A program made the position numbers and the translations under genes. A stretch of DNA of 64,000 bases from Mobula hypostoma (lineage: Eukaryota): the NCBI RefSeq assembly GCF_963921235.1, contig NC_086097.1:112160001-112224000 (forward strand), written 5' to 3'. Within the stretch, counting starts at the first letter, position 1, and each line of letters opens with the position of its first letter. Shown in pieces: positions 1-12,479 of this stretch. The notes below the pieces were generated by a model. It saw only the letters and a program-made list of their open reading frames with translations, ran no database searches and was not told where the DNA came from.

Positions 1-157
1 AAGTGATTTTCAGTAGCCCTGAAGTCAGCTGTTTCAGTGTTTTATCCTCCAGAAAACAAGATTGTTAGTCTAAATAACCTGTCAGAAAAAGATCTAAATC
101 AACAGTATATTATGTCCTTGTTTCTTGTACTCATTAGGGACTTTCCACGGATTATAA

Positions 158-512
158 AACCATGGGATATAGGAGCACAATTAGCCATTTAGCCCATTGA
201 GTGTGCTCTGCTATTTCATCGTGGCTGATCCATTTCTCTTTCAGCCTCAATTTCTTGCCTTCTCCCTGTATCCTTTCATGCTCTGACTAATCAAGAATCT
301 ATTAACCTCTGCCTTAAGTATACCCAATGACTTGGCCTCCACAGTCGCCTGCGTCAACAAATTCCAGATTCACCACCCTCTGGCTAAAGAAATTCCCTCT
401 CATCTCCATTCTAAATGTACGTCCCTCTATTCTAAGTCTGTGTCCTCTGGGCTTAGACTCCCCCACCCGAGGAAGCATCCTCTCTACATCCACTCTATCA
501 AGGCCTTTCCTA
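158..512 (-). mobile_element. CR1 LINE 3' fragment
   Basis: Reverse complement resembles the ORF2 C-terminus and 3'UTR of the 13-16 kb element (e.g. GGGTGGTGAATCTGGAAT, ATGGGCTAAATGGC). Confidence 0.8.
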
Positions 513-1074
513 ATTGATGTAATTCCTTCTGAACTGATGCAATATTAAAAGCTGTAACCACTTATGGGAGTAGCCTAACACAATTGCCAAATAATGGATT
601 ATGAATTACGCCAAACATGGAAGCCATGCTGACACATGGTTATTGACTTGAGTGGACCATGCCATACATATTAAGAACCAAAGAATTCTCTTTAGTGAAT
701 TCAAACAAAACATCAGGAAGTTGGCCATTACCATTTCCATTATAATAACAGATCAAATGGCAAATACCTCTCACTAGCTTGTACTTAATGAACCACAAGA
801 ATATACTTCAACTCAGCAAACATTGTGGCCATCAGTGAGGGAAATTTGTGTAGATTAGGGCACAAGTTGTCTCAGCACAGAATCTACATGGAGAATTATC
901 ACTGTCCCTTGTGTGGGCAGGGTGGAGGTACTGCAGAGATGAAGTAGACATCTACTGATAAATCCTCCTTGCCTATATTTCCCTGTAACACACCAACCCC
1001 CAATTTAAACTTAAACACCAGCCCAGATAGTCTGCCGCCTTCTCTCTCTGTGACTCTAAGGCTGTGAGACTGTC

Positions 1075-1432
1075 CCTAGCTACCGTGCTTCTTGTCTGCT
1101 AACTTTGTAGCGATTTGCCCTGCTAATATGATGAACTGAATACCGAGGCTTTGGGCCTATTCTGAGCTGCTCTGGAGATTTGGATCTAAGGGCTCAATTT
1201 GGTTCGGAATGCTGTTGTTGTTGCTCAATCCTATTGTTTGCAAGATTTGTTCTGTGTTTTTTTTCTCTCTCACAGTGAGCACTGAAGGGGGGGGGGGGTT
1301 GATATTATTTTTTTTAATTGGGTTCTTTCGGATTCCTTGCTTTGTGACTGCCTGTAAGCAAACAACTCTCAAGGGTGTATAATTTATACATACTTTGATA
1401 ATAAATGCACTCTGAAACTTTGAAACTTTGAA
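1075..1432 (+). mobile_element. Non-autonomous retroposon 3' part with (ACTTTGAA)n tail
   Basis: Tail ACTTTGATAATAAA...GAAACTTTGAAACTTTGAAA is shared with repeats ending at ~2467, ~22078, ~48632, ~59605 and ~62490. Confidence 0.6.
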
Positions 1433-2099
1433 ATCCCCTTGGGGAATGTCTGAATTACAGAAACTTGTAATAACAATTTTAAAAGCCATATACAATGTTC
1501 CTTTCAAAAAGGGATATTTTTTTAACCAAGGACTTTCAGATGTTAAAATGGAACAAAGTCCTATATATTAATATATATAGTGGTGAAGTTGGCAATCACA
1601 AACTGTTTACACTCTAGTATCTATGAATTGCACCAAAACTGGACTTTTCTAACGTTCCTTTATTGTTCTTTTTCTTTTAATTTGGGTCCAGGCACCTGAC
1701 ATCTGGAAATTGCACCTAGGACACCCACAGACTGCTAATAGACTGGTATCCACTACCAGGATCAGAGATAAATGAACAATATTAAGACAGTAAGAATGTT
1801 ATTTTGGGTTGTTTTAGTTTTGAACCCCATGTCTAATAAAAATAAATAAACCTGCTGTGCTAAATCTGGTGCAGAACTGAAACATCAGTTCATATAAACA
1901 ATAACCATTACAACTTTTAGTTCCCTAAGTATAATTCATACTTTTTATAGCAACTTGCACATCATCTAATCCTGACAAAACTCTGCTCAGAAAAAAATTG
2001 GACTCATTTGTGCACAGTTTTATTCCATGATTAATGCACGAGGAGGATTTCACACATCAGAGCAACTGGCAACTTTCAGAGCATTGATCTTGGACCTGG

Positions 2100-2467
2100 T
2101 CGCACACTACCAAGTTCAGGCACAGTTACTATCAGACTCCTGAACCAGCATGGATAACTTAACTCGCCTCAACACTGAACTGATCCCACAACCTATGGAA
2201 TCATTTCAAGGACTCTACAACTCATATTTTCAGCTTGAGTTGTAGAGGAATTTAAACCTGTTAATCAATTAATTTATATATTTGTAAAGCACAGTTTGTC
2301 TTCTTTTGCACATAGGTTGCTTGTCAGTCTTTATTTCTATGTAGTTTTTTTATTGATTCTATTGTATTTCTTTGTTCTACTGTGAAAACCTGGAAGAAAA
2401 TGAATCTGAGGGTAGCATATGTGATAAATAGGTACTTCGGTAATAAATTTACTTTGCACTTTGAACT
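2100..2467 (+). mobile_element. Rex1/Babar-like LINE 3' end
   Basis: Near-identical organisation to 21720-22078 (ATCAGACTCCTGAACC...AAGGACTCTACAACTCAT...GAAAATGAATCT...TAATAAATTTACTTTG). Confidence 0.7.
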
Positions 2468-2989
2468 TCATGTTACTTTAGTAAATCAAAAGCTTGAGTC
2501 ATTCATCTAAAAATGTAGTCCAACGTGAAGCAACAGTTCCACATTTTCTGACTGCAACTGGCTGTTATTTCTGCCACCTGTGACCAGAATATTCTACTTA
2601 CAGCAAAACATGGACCAGACTCGAAAGCATCAGCAAAAGGACATAAATTAAAGGATCCTCACTGGATCATAAATGTTTGCATGATTCATTATTCTGGGCA
2701 TAAGCATCCCTATTCTGTGTACATTAGTAACAGGATACTGTCATCACTGACCCTTTGATGAGTCTTGCAGTGACTCGGGGAAACTCACAACATGGGAGTG
2801 TCCTAACACTTAGAGCAGCACCGTGACTCTCCTTCCCTCTATTTTTCTCTCACCTACATGCAGCCTATTGTGGCAGCTATGAAGAGTATTTTCAAATGTT
2901 CACTTCACTTGCTAGAAATCAGACATAACGATGTGACAGCTACCTTCTATAATTGCATGTGTTTTGGGGTGGAATCCACCTTATTACAA

Positions 2990-3410
2990 TCAGAATCAGA
3001 ATCAAGTTTAATATACTGGCATATGTTGCGAAATGTGTTGTTATTGCAGCAGCAGTACAATGCGATGTGTAATAATCGAGAAAAAAGAAACGTGAACTAT
3101 GGTAAGTATATATATACGTATAAAAAGTAGTTAAATTAAATAAGTAGTGCAAAAATAAAAAGTTAAAAAAGTAGTGAGGTACCGTTCATGAGTTCAATGT
3201 CCATTCAGAAATCAGATGCTAGAGGGGAAGAAGCTAGTCAAGAATCACTGAGTGTGTGCCTTCAGGATCCTGTACCTCCTTTCTGATGAGAAGAGGGCAT
3301 GTCCTGGGCGATGGGGGTCCTTAGTGATGGACACTGCCTTTTTGAGGTAACAATCCTGGATACTATCTGGAGGCTCGTGCCCATGATGGGGCTGTAATTT
3401 TACAACTGAG
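2990..3410 (-). mobile_element. Rex1/Babar-like LINE 3' fragment with (TTCTGA)n tail
   Basis: Begins with TCAGAATCAGAATC; similar copies at ~9093-9437, ~22630-22940 (+), ~26336-26460 and ~63080-63470. Confidence 0.7.
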
Positions 3411-4249
3411 CTTTTCAAAAATTCCTAAATGATTTCCAAATCACTGGAATACACAATAGCATTTGATGAACCAAAAAGGAATCCAGTTTAGTACTATTGA
3501 ACCATAATCAAGATTTAGTAAAATGTCTTTATTATTTATCAGTCTTTACTTTTTAAGTGTCAGACTCAATTAGTCACTGGTCTTGAACTAAATAAAAGTT
3601 TCAGGTTTTCATACCAGCACATGTAGTTTGTGATTGACCTATTTTAGTTGCCTAACTACAATATCAATGCAAGATTCAATCAGTCTTTTATGATTAGTAA
3701 TTACTAATTAAAAACTCATATTCTCTGTGGTTGATGGACTAATTAGGATAAGTCATAAGTCAGTGTAAGCAGCTGAATTACCCAGTGCATGGATTTCAGT
3801 AATAGTTTCATACCCCAGATTCCTCTAAGATGCCATGTGATAGGAAAGATCTTTAATATAATTTAACCTTAGTCACAGTTCTCTCGGATTACAAGATTGT
3901 AAGTAATCAGTGATTGGGTTAGAAAGGAATTAGATAAATATGAAGTGCAATATATACATTATGTGTAATTGTGGAGGGAATAACTAAGTTAATTTTGCTC
4001 CTAAATGGAATGGACCAACAACACCCCCTACAAACTGTGTTAGGAATACGTTTTGAAATTACTGAAATATATGCAACAAACACAGAATGTTAATTATAGT
4101 TAATTATAATTATTTCACAATAAAGGTAGGCTGAAGAATGTGGTTCAACATTGTACTTTGCAACTACCATTCCTAATACAGAGAAGGAGAAAATGTTGTC
4201 ATATTACAAACACTTAAGACAGCTGGGAAAAAATAAAGCATACTTGCAT

Positions 4250-7006
4250 TTCTGTAAAGAAATGTTTTTATTAATAGTGTAGCCATGTTAAATACCATCA
4301 CCAGAAATGAATTTCTTTTACATTAGTTGTTGTCACATACAGGCCAGTTGTCCAGTAATCTAACATCAGCGTCCCTTTACTTCAAATCTATGTACAAGAC
4401 AGCTGTGTTTTACTGGAATAGGTCCGTTGTCATGACTAAATCATAAACAGATTTGCAGACATAATGTGAAAAATATCTTTTAAAAAAAATTATATCGTCT
4501 CAAATAAATACTGCATAATGATAAGTATGTACAAATCTTTCATACCTTAACATCCTTCTCACTATAATTTCTGAAAGATCATTTTAAACAGGAATAATAT
4601 GCACAAAATAATCAGATGCAGGTAAATTGAGTTGCTGTCACAGTAATGAGACAACTTTCAGAAAATAAATCTTAAATTTTGGAACATTGTTTTTCTTAAA
4701 AAATAGATAGATATTGTAGGTCCAGACTTGCAGTTGCTTACAGCAATTTTGAAAAACTGATGTTAGTAGCCAGCGGCCACTGCTAACTCCAATCCCAAAA
4801 GGTTAGTGTTATTTTTGTGACACTCTAGGTTTTTTTTTAATGGCTTAACATTCAAAACTTCCTCTACAATACTTTAGCCATGAGACAAAAGACCCAAGAA
4901 TCACTCTCGGATTAAACAAAATTACACTACAAATATGAAATAAAAAAGGCATTTTTCAATTTCCTTTTAAATGGTAATCAAGCATACTCATTGACAATCG
5001 TTCATGTGCTCCATCTGCCTTCCTTCCATTTAAATTGCGGAAAGCTCTGCATCTTCGCCACCTCCATCCACAGAAATCTCACCTTCTACAGAGCACTTAT
5101 AAAAAAAAGTAGCCAAATCAACGGTTTTCATTTTAGGTATGGGGTTGGGGGAGGGTCTCTCAGCATGATGCTAAAAATACAGGGTGTAAGAGTTCAATTT
5201 GGAATGTAAAAAAACGACAGATAGGTAACAAGTGGTTTCCAATGGCCAATTCTCAGCTTAGTCTAACATGTGGACATCAGTCCTCATTAAACTGCCCAAT
5301 ATATATGTGAAAATTGAACTTTACAGCAAAAGAGTTGGTCTTCTAGCAATCCTGTCTATGGAACTTTAGATTTTCAAGCCCACAAAACTGAACGTCTGAT
5401 TGGATGATTTCTATACCTGGTTGGTAGAGGAGACTTGTGAAATAATTATTTGATCCTATACCAAATTATTTGATTTGTCCTCTGTCAATACTTCCTACTT
5501 AATTTCAGAGAAAAATGTCTTATTCATACAGTATGTACAAGTTGGATCCTGCTAGAAACTATTTTTTTTTCTGAACAATGAGCACACGATTCCTTTATTT
5601 GCTGTAGAATTCAATTTAAGATGAGAAAATGTAAATAAGTTCTATGTCATTCATGCACTGTACAATTAAAGGATGCTGCAAAAATTTTGTTTGTCAAATG
5701 CATGCTGAATTACTGCAGTGTGTGCCCAAGCCATGTTGCAAAAATTCTTTCAACATGCTTGCAAATCATATCATTTCTTTTTATTTGTTGTTAAAATGTA
5801 TACTCTATCCAAGGAATCAAAATGCACAAACGCTCTGCAACCTTTAACCCGGATGAGGGGCTTCAGTGGCAAGAGACACAGAGGTCATACTCAGAGCATA
5901 CGATAAACTACCCAAGTAAAAGGGACAGAGCAGCATGTGTCATCTGTGATTAATATCCGACTTTGAAGGTCTGTGTCATTAATTTAACCATGTCTGCAAG
6001 ATGACACTTTTTAAGGTCATGTTGAAATCGTGTATTCAGACAAGTCCTTCCTTAAGAATTTCTTAGTCCGCAAAAGACAGACTCGTGAATGATTTTACTC
6101 TGAATATGGGAACATGGTGTAATTGTATTGTATTGTTGCATTCACTCCCCCATAAAACCATGCACTGGTGAAACATTTTTAAAAAATAATATAAATTGTT
6201 GAAAATGGCTGTTTTTTTTTGCAAGTTTCAGCCTTGAAAATAATTTTAAATGTTTTTTTTTATCTGTTTAGGTTTAGCTAAATTGGTGTCCATGCATTTT
6301 TTTTCAATTTCATACAGTATATCAGCAGAGAAACAATGATATTAGAGCATATAGCCCTCTCCCCTTGGGAATCACTGTGGAATCTTTCTGAAGCTTCCAA
6401 GTTGGTTTTGAATGACAGTACCACATCTTTATGTTTTGCATTTTAAAAAAATGTAAATCTCTTGTTCTGTACAGTTTTGCTCAGCTGACTCCTTTCTGCT
6501 TTGCCCCATCTGATGATGTGTGTAGTCATTACTGGACACTATTTCCAACCTTCCTCACAATGAGGCTTCCATGTTGGCTCACAGAGCTAACAACCAGCTG
6601 GCCTTCATAACATCAGTGGTCGTTGCTTATAGGAACCAATCAGGTGGGGTAGGAGAACCAGGCGATTCAAGAAGGATCGAGAACAAAAAGAGAATGGTTC
6701 ATTTAAAAATTAGGGTGTTTGCTGTGTGAATTAATAGTTTCTTACTGATTTGATTTTAATCCATGGCTTCTGATTGGACAAAAAAAATTGTCATTTAATT
6801 CCAACAACCATATAATTTCTGCAAAACTCCACTCCTTCCCTAAGGACCTTCTCAGGGCACAATGTGTGCAGTCTCCTCTGAGAACACAGGAACGCTTTTA
6901 ATCCCTAGGAACAGGCTCAGAAGACACAACATCAAGCATGCAGTGTAACCAGGGCTTGCGACCTGCGAGCTGAATGCTAGTTGCTATCGCAACACTTTCA
7001 CAACTG
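4250..7006 (-). other. RIMS2: Probable RIMS2 3'UTR (~2.7 kb)
   Basis: Continuous with the stop codon, AU-rich, no recognisable TE, and ends at an AATAAA followed by a U-rich tract. The end point is inferred. Confidence 0.65.
4267..4272 (-). terminator. Candidate polyadenylation signal AATAAA
   Basis: Plus-strand TTTATT at 4267-4272; downstream minus-strand GTATGCTTTATTTTTTCCC (U-rich) ~30-45 nt later; upstream TGTA elements. Other AATAAA hexamers exist (e.g. ~3528, ~5594, ~5780). Confidence 0.55.
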
Positions 7007-7225
7007 CTATGAACGAGCATAAGAAGGTCCAGATGAACTCTCAAGTGATGATTGGGAAGCTCTTCTTGTCAGTGGGGCCAAAGTTGGATCAACTAGTGAG
7101 GAAGTGGGAAAGAGTTTGTACCAGCCGATCACCATGTTGGACAGGTCAAGCTCCTCCAGTAGGATCTGTGCAACGCCCATGAAAGATTTGTGGTCCATTC
7201 GCCCATAATCACCCCACACAATTAT
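7007..7225 (-). CDS. RIMS2: RIMS2 last coding exon (219 nt incl. TAG stop), end of C2B and C-terminal tail
   Basis: Acceptor CTCTTTTAG|; IIVWGDYGRMDHKSFMGVAQILLEELDLSNMVIGWYKLFPTSSLVDPTLAPLTRRASQSSLESSSGPSYARS*. HKSFMG, LSNMVIG and GPSYxRS are RIMS2-type rather than RIMS1-type (HKCFMG, GPPCIRS). Confidence 0.96.
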   Translation of the reverse strand: MIVWGDYGRMDHKSFMGVAQILLEELDLSNMVIGWYKLFPTSSLVDPTLAPLTRRASQSSLESSSGPSYARS

Positions 7226-7409
7226 CTAAAAGAGAATAAAAGACATGTTAGATATCTCCTGCACAACCACAGTACAAGTATTACACTTTAAAAGTATTTC
7301 ATTGGCTGTGAGATATGGAGAAAAATGTGAAAACTGCAAGCCATTCTTTTGTATATCTTTGCAATAAATGTGTTTACTGTATGTTTATGAATGCAGTTGT
7401 AACTCTTTC

Positions 7410-7672
7410 TAGAGTGGATGTGGAGAGGATGTTTCCTATAGTGGGAGAGCGATGGACAGCCTCAGAATACAAGGACGTTGCTTTAGGGTAGAGATGAAGA
7501 AAAAATTCTTTAGCTGGAGGGTGGTGAATCTGTGGAATTCATTGCCACAGACAGCTTTGGCAGCCAAGTCAATGGGTATATTTAAAGTGGAGGCTGAGTG
7601 TTCTTGATTAGTAAGAGTGTCAAAGGTTAAGAGGTGAAGGCTGGAGAATGGGGTTGAAAGGGAAAATAGCAT
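7410..7672 (+). mobile_element. CR1 LINE 3' fragment
   Basis: AGAGTGGATGTGGAGAGGATGTTTCC...GGGTGGTGAATCTGTGGAATTCATTGCCACAG matches the ORF2 C-terminus. Confidence 0.8.
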
Positions 7673-7676
7673 AAAA

Positions 7677-8130
7677 GCATTCAGACATGGTGAAGAGGTT
7701 CAGTTGTGTTCAGACCAAATGTGAGAATGGGGAAGAAATGTGATCTAAGTGACTTTGACCATGGAATTATTGTTGGTGCCAGATGGGGAGGTTCAAGTAT
7801 CTCAGAAACTGCTGACCTCCTGGAATTTTCACACATAACAGTCTCTGGAATTTACAGAGAATGATGTGGAAAAAAAAACACACCCAGGTAGCAGCAGTTC
7901 TCTGGGTGAAAATGCCTTGTTAATGAGAGGTCAGAGGAGAATGGCCAGACTGGTTAAAGTTGACAGGAAGACAACAGTGTCTAACATAATTTTGCAGTGA
8001 TGTGCAGAAGAGCATCTCTAAATGCACAACACGTCGAATATTGAAGTGGATGGGCTACAGCAGCAGAAGACCACGAACATACTCACAGTAGCCAGTTTAT
8101 TAGGTACCCCCTTACCTAATAAAGTGGTCA
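7677..8130 (+). mobile_element. Tc1/mariner internally deleted derivative
   Basis: From 7727 it translates MGKKCDLSDFDHGIIVGARWGGSSISETADLLEFSHITVSGIYRE (Tc1-like paired-type HTH N-terminus), then decays. Terminal imperfect palindrome at 8091-8128. Confidence 0.75.
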
Positions 8131-8966
8131 TATATTGAAAATTCCCTTGCCTTTTTATTCCTTCCCAAGTTCATGACCTTACACTTCTCTGAATGAACTC
8201 CATTTGTCACTTTTCTTCCAAACTCACTAGACTATTTGTATTTGCCTGAAGCTGACAGCTCTCTTCTTCAATACTAACCACGTGATCACTTTTTTACTCA
8301 TTCAGAACTCCTTTTCATGTCCCTACATTTAAATCTATATTATTGATATACATTACAAAAAGCCTGAAACACCCTTTCAGTCACCCTGATCCTCTGTAAT
8401 CTCTCTAAATTTTCTGCAGCATTGTGCTTTCAGGCCTTGACATTAATTTCCTTCTTCATCTTACCTTATACTCTTTCGACCTTATCAACCACCTCTAGAT
8501 TTGCCAGTCCCACGTTATTCTCATGGACCAGTAGAATCTCTTTCTTGAACTCTTTGCAACTCTGACTTGCAAACTTTCACTAATTTTCTGCTTCTATTTC
8601 TCACCCTGCTTTCCTCTGACTTGAACCCATGCTCCCTATCCTTCTGTCAACAATATAAACCATCCCCAGTTTCACTGGTAATTTGCCCCTCAAGTATGTT
8701 CATTGTGATCTTGTTGAAGTGCAATCCACCTGGCTGAACAGCTCTCAACATCCCTAAGCTCAGTCCCAATGCCTCAGGAATATGAAGACCCCTTCATACC
8801 ATCTCTCTACTGCCATGTTCTCTTCCAATCTCTCCCATTTCCAGACTCACTGGTGCAAATCACCTGGAAGAATTTGTAGATTACTAGTCTGGAATCTTCC
8901 TACTTAATCTCTTGCCCAGTTTCTCAAGATTCTAGGATATTGTCCTTTTTACCTTCCAATTATTTT

Positions 8967-9012
8967 ACATAGAAACATAGAAACATAGAAAATAGGTGCA
9001 GGAGTAGGCCAT
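8967..9012 (-). mobile_element. Tail-only CR1 insertion (~46 bp)
   Basis: Exact reverse complement of the 3' end of the young CR1 (ATGGCCTACTCCTGCACCTATTTTCTATGTTTCTATG) plus one more tail unit. Confidence 0.85.
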
Positions 9013-10302
9013 TTTGTTGGATTATGATCTTCGGCTGTTCTCCCCTCCAACGGCGCATAGCTCTACCAGGCAGGCAGCTCGCCATTTTCAAATCAGAATC
9101 AAGTTTAATATCACTGACCTAAGTCATGGAATTTGTTGCTTTGCAGTAGCATTATAGTGCAAAACATAAAAACATATAAATTACAATAAGATATATATAA
9201 AATTAAAAACATGGTGCAAAAAGAGAGCCAAAAGAATATAGTGATGTAATGTTCATCGGTTTGGTGCATAGGCCAGTCAGAAATCTGATGGCAGCGGAGA
9301 AGAAGCTGTTCCTAAAACATTGAGTGTTTGTCTTCAGGCTCCTGTACATTCTCTCTGATTGTAGCAATGGGGAGAGGGCATGTGCTGGGTGATGGGGGTA
9401 CTTATGATAGATGCAGCCTTTTTGAGGCATTGCCTTTTATGTTCATTACCACTGAAAGGCTATCCAGCTCTATAACTAGAGATTCCTCTCTGACTTTTGC
9501 TCTTGTGATCTTTCACCTTCTTCATTCTGCAGCTGAGCTAACCAAAGAGCTTCAGTCTTAGCTTTGACCACATTGCCCAAGCCAACACTATCACTGTCAA
9601 AGATGGGCATCTTGTTGTAAATTGTGCTAATCCCCTGTGTCCATCTGACAATCACCCAGTCTATTTCTGCCTGCATTCTATGAAGCTGTAAGGTTCATTT
9701 CCTGAAATGTGCTGGCTTTAAAACAGTCCATCTCAAGAGCACAACACTGATACTCAAGCTTCAAAACTTGGGAGCTTCGGTTCATCCAGTAGACACTACA
9801 TTCTGCACCTGAGTTTGCCCAGATCATGGGAAGTAGCAAAAGTGATGCATTCCAAAAGTCTGAAGTGCCCTTCCATGACTTCCCTTAATTGATTAATTCA
9901 CTTACCAGTAACAACAAAACCAATCAAATATTCTTGTCCATTAATTTACTTATTCTGATTGATTGCATCCAATTTTAATCACTACACTCTTATTACAATT
10001 TAAGCAGCACCCATTTTGTAATCACCTTTTGCAGTCCCATAACAGAGTATGCAAGTGAAATCTAAGAGCTACCTTGAGTTAAATTCTAACAGTAGCGTCA
10101 GGACTCTACAACTCATGTTGTCAGTATTCATTAATCTTTATTTGCACAATTTGTCTTCTTTTGCACTTTAGTTGTTCGTCAGCCTTTGGTTATGTATAGT
10201 TTTACATAAATCCTAGTGTATTTTTTTGTTTCCTTGTAAATGCCTACAAGAAAATGAATCTCAAGGTAGTTTATGGTAACATATAGGTACTTCGATAGTA
10301 AA

Positions 10303-10426
10303 CTACAAAGAAGAGAAAATCTACAGATCTGGAGATGCCGAAGTCTTGGCCTGAAACATTGACCGTACTCTTTTCCATAGATGCTGCCTGTCCTGCTGAG
10401 TTCCTCTTGCATTTTGAGTGTGCTAG
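10303..10426. mobile_element. Short two-orientation Penelope-like terminal insertion nested in a Rex1-like tail (~10098-10455)
   Basis: Flanked by diverged direct repeats TTCGATAGTAAA (10291-10302) and TTTGATAATAAA (10427-10438); carries CCATAGATGCTGCCTG..CCTGCTGAGTTCC. Confidence 0.7.
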
Positions 10427-11034
10427 TTTGATAATAAATGTGTTTTTACTTTGACATTGTGCTGCTGACCCTTCAGAGTTTGAAAATTCAGCAGGAGGTG
10501 GTCTCTGATGTGAGGGTACTGCCTAAGCAACCTCAGTCTCCCACACCCACCGCCCCCCACCCATTTAAGTAAAGGTGGTTTGCAGATGAAAATCACTGGT
10601 TGGCTACATCCCACAACTTTGTGACAATGTCCTCTATCATTTTATCTATTAGTCACCAGGTCCTAGATGAAGGTAAGTAATGTGAAATCAGATATAGCTC
10701 CCACTCATGTACACTTCAATATGGCTTGGAAATTGAAATCTTTTTCTCTTATAGGGATTTATGGAAAATCATATGAACTTAGAATAGTTATGAGAAAATG
10801 CAGAGATCCATCACAGCCAGTTTTCATTTATTAAGACTTAAGCAGAGGCTGGACAGTATATTGGAATTACGGGCAGAAATTGGGAGAACTCTGTGACAAG
10901 TACAGAAGACTTGGCACATGCCAAGTGACATGCCAAATTGACTATGGCTGGAGCAGGAACTGTTATCCCAAGTTAAAAGTTTAATTAAGCATGCCTTATA
11001 AACAAAACAGTGCAATTGGATTAAAAGTGATTAC

Positions 11035-11174
11035 CTGAAGAACTTTTCCTTGGGGGCTATCTTCAAACTGCAGCTGTTGCTGGTACAGAGGGTCTAGTGT
11101 TTTTCGTGCCACTTTTGTTTTCTTTTTGGCTATGCAGACACCATTTTCCAATAGATAAACTTTAACATACGGTG
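11035..11174 (-). CDS. RIMS2: RIMS2 coding exon (140 nt), C2B domain
   Basis: Acceptor TTCTCTAG|, donor CAG|GTAAT; (A)PYVKVYLLENGVCIAKKKTKVARKTLDPLYQQQLQFEDSPQGKVLQ, including the polybasic KKKTK stretch of RIM C2B. Confidence 0.96.
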
Positions 11175-11896
11175 CTAGAGAAGAAAAGAATTGTAATTTA
11201 AGTACATGGTAGTATATGCACTAAGAGACTGTTCTGAATAAATGGAAACAATGCTATTAAATGGAAACTATCACAAGGCATTTCAGCAAGAGGAATTTCA
11301 GACAAAACTATAAAGAGCAAAACAAAAGCTGGTATGAGTCATATATTTCGACACAAATTTGCAGCTATAATGCTTTCAAGATATTAGTGTGCTTTTTCTA
11401 CTGCATACTTCCTGTTGCTAAATATTTGTTAGAGTATTGCAACTTTCAAAGGATGCAGTCCGGGTGTTGGAATCATGCTGTTATAAATTCCTTTAAACAA
11501 TCTATAACATATATTTGTGTTTTAATTTTTTTTGACATCATATATACAATATACAGAAAATGTTATCTTCCATGGTTGGGGAACCCTTCAATTCTGATGC
11601 TTATCCTCCATTGTTTGTTAGGCTTAACACTCAAAATCAAAGTTGACTGACAGACTGGTTGTAATAAGAAACACTGCCATCAAGTATGATCTTTTCCTCA
11701 CCCTCGTCCAAACACACTCTCCTAGCAAAAGTCAATGCTTTACTAACTACAGCCTTGTAGACGTGGGCATGGTGCCCCGCTTGTTTCAAGGAATTCTGCA
11801 GATATTGTACTGAATTTGTGGTAGAATTGCAAGGGAACTACTACAGAAGATTAAAATGCTTGAGATCCACAGTTAATTGCTTGTTTGGATTTAGAA

Positions 11897-12280
11897 CTCT
11901 CTCTCTATCTCTCTTTCCCTGTCCTCCACTCTTTCCCTCTCTTTCCCTATCCCTCTCTCTCTCTTTGCCTATCCCTCTCTCCCCGTCTTTCTCTCTCTCT
12001 CTTTCCCTATCCCCCCTCTCTTTTAGCCTATCCCCCTCTCTCTCCCTCTCCCTCTCTTTCCCCATCCCTCTCCCCCCTCTCTCTTTCCCCATCTCTCTCT
12101 CTCTCTTTCCCTACCCTCTCTCTCTCTCTTTCCCTATCCCTCTCCCTCTCCTTCTTTCTCTCTTTCCCTATACCTCTCCTTCTCTCTCTCTTTCCCTACC
12201 CCCTCCCTCTCCCCCTCTCTCTCGCTTTCCCCATCCCTCTCCCTCTCTCTCTCTCTTTCCCTATCCCTCTCCCTCTTACC
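11897..12280 (+). repeat. Polypyrimidine (CT-rich) minisatellite / low-complexity tract
   Basis: Repeated variants of CTCTCTCTTTCCCTATCCC over ~380 bp. Confidence 0.95.
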
Positions 12281-12479
12281 CTCATGCTTTATCTTCATTT
12301 CCCTCATTCTGTTCTTGTAATTCTTAATAAATGATCATGCGCAAAAGGTTTTGTGCCTCATTCTTCGCTTCTGAATTACCTTGGATCAAAGACACCGAGA
12401 TCAACAAAGGCAAACTTTGCTTTATTGGACAAGGACTAGAGTTCAAGAATTGGTAATTTATAGAATAGTTTATATAACT

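Noticed and set aside
11818..12334. Ser/Leu/Pro-rich and Arg/Glu-rich ORFs
   Set aside because: Translations of the CT-rich simple repeat.
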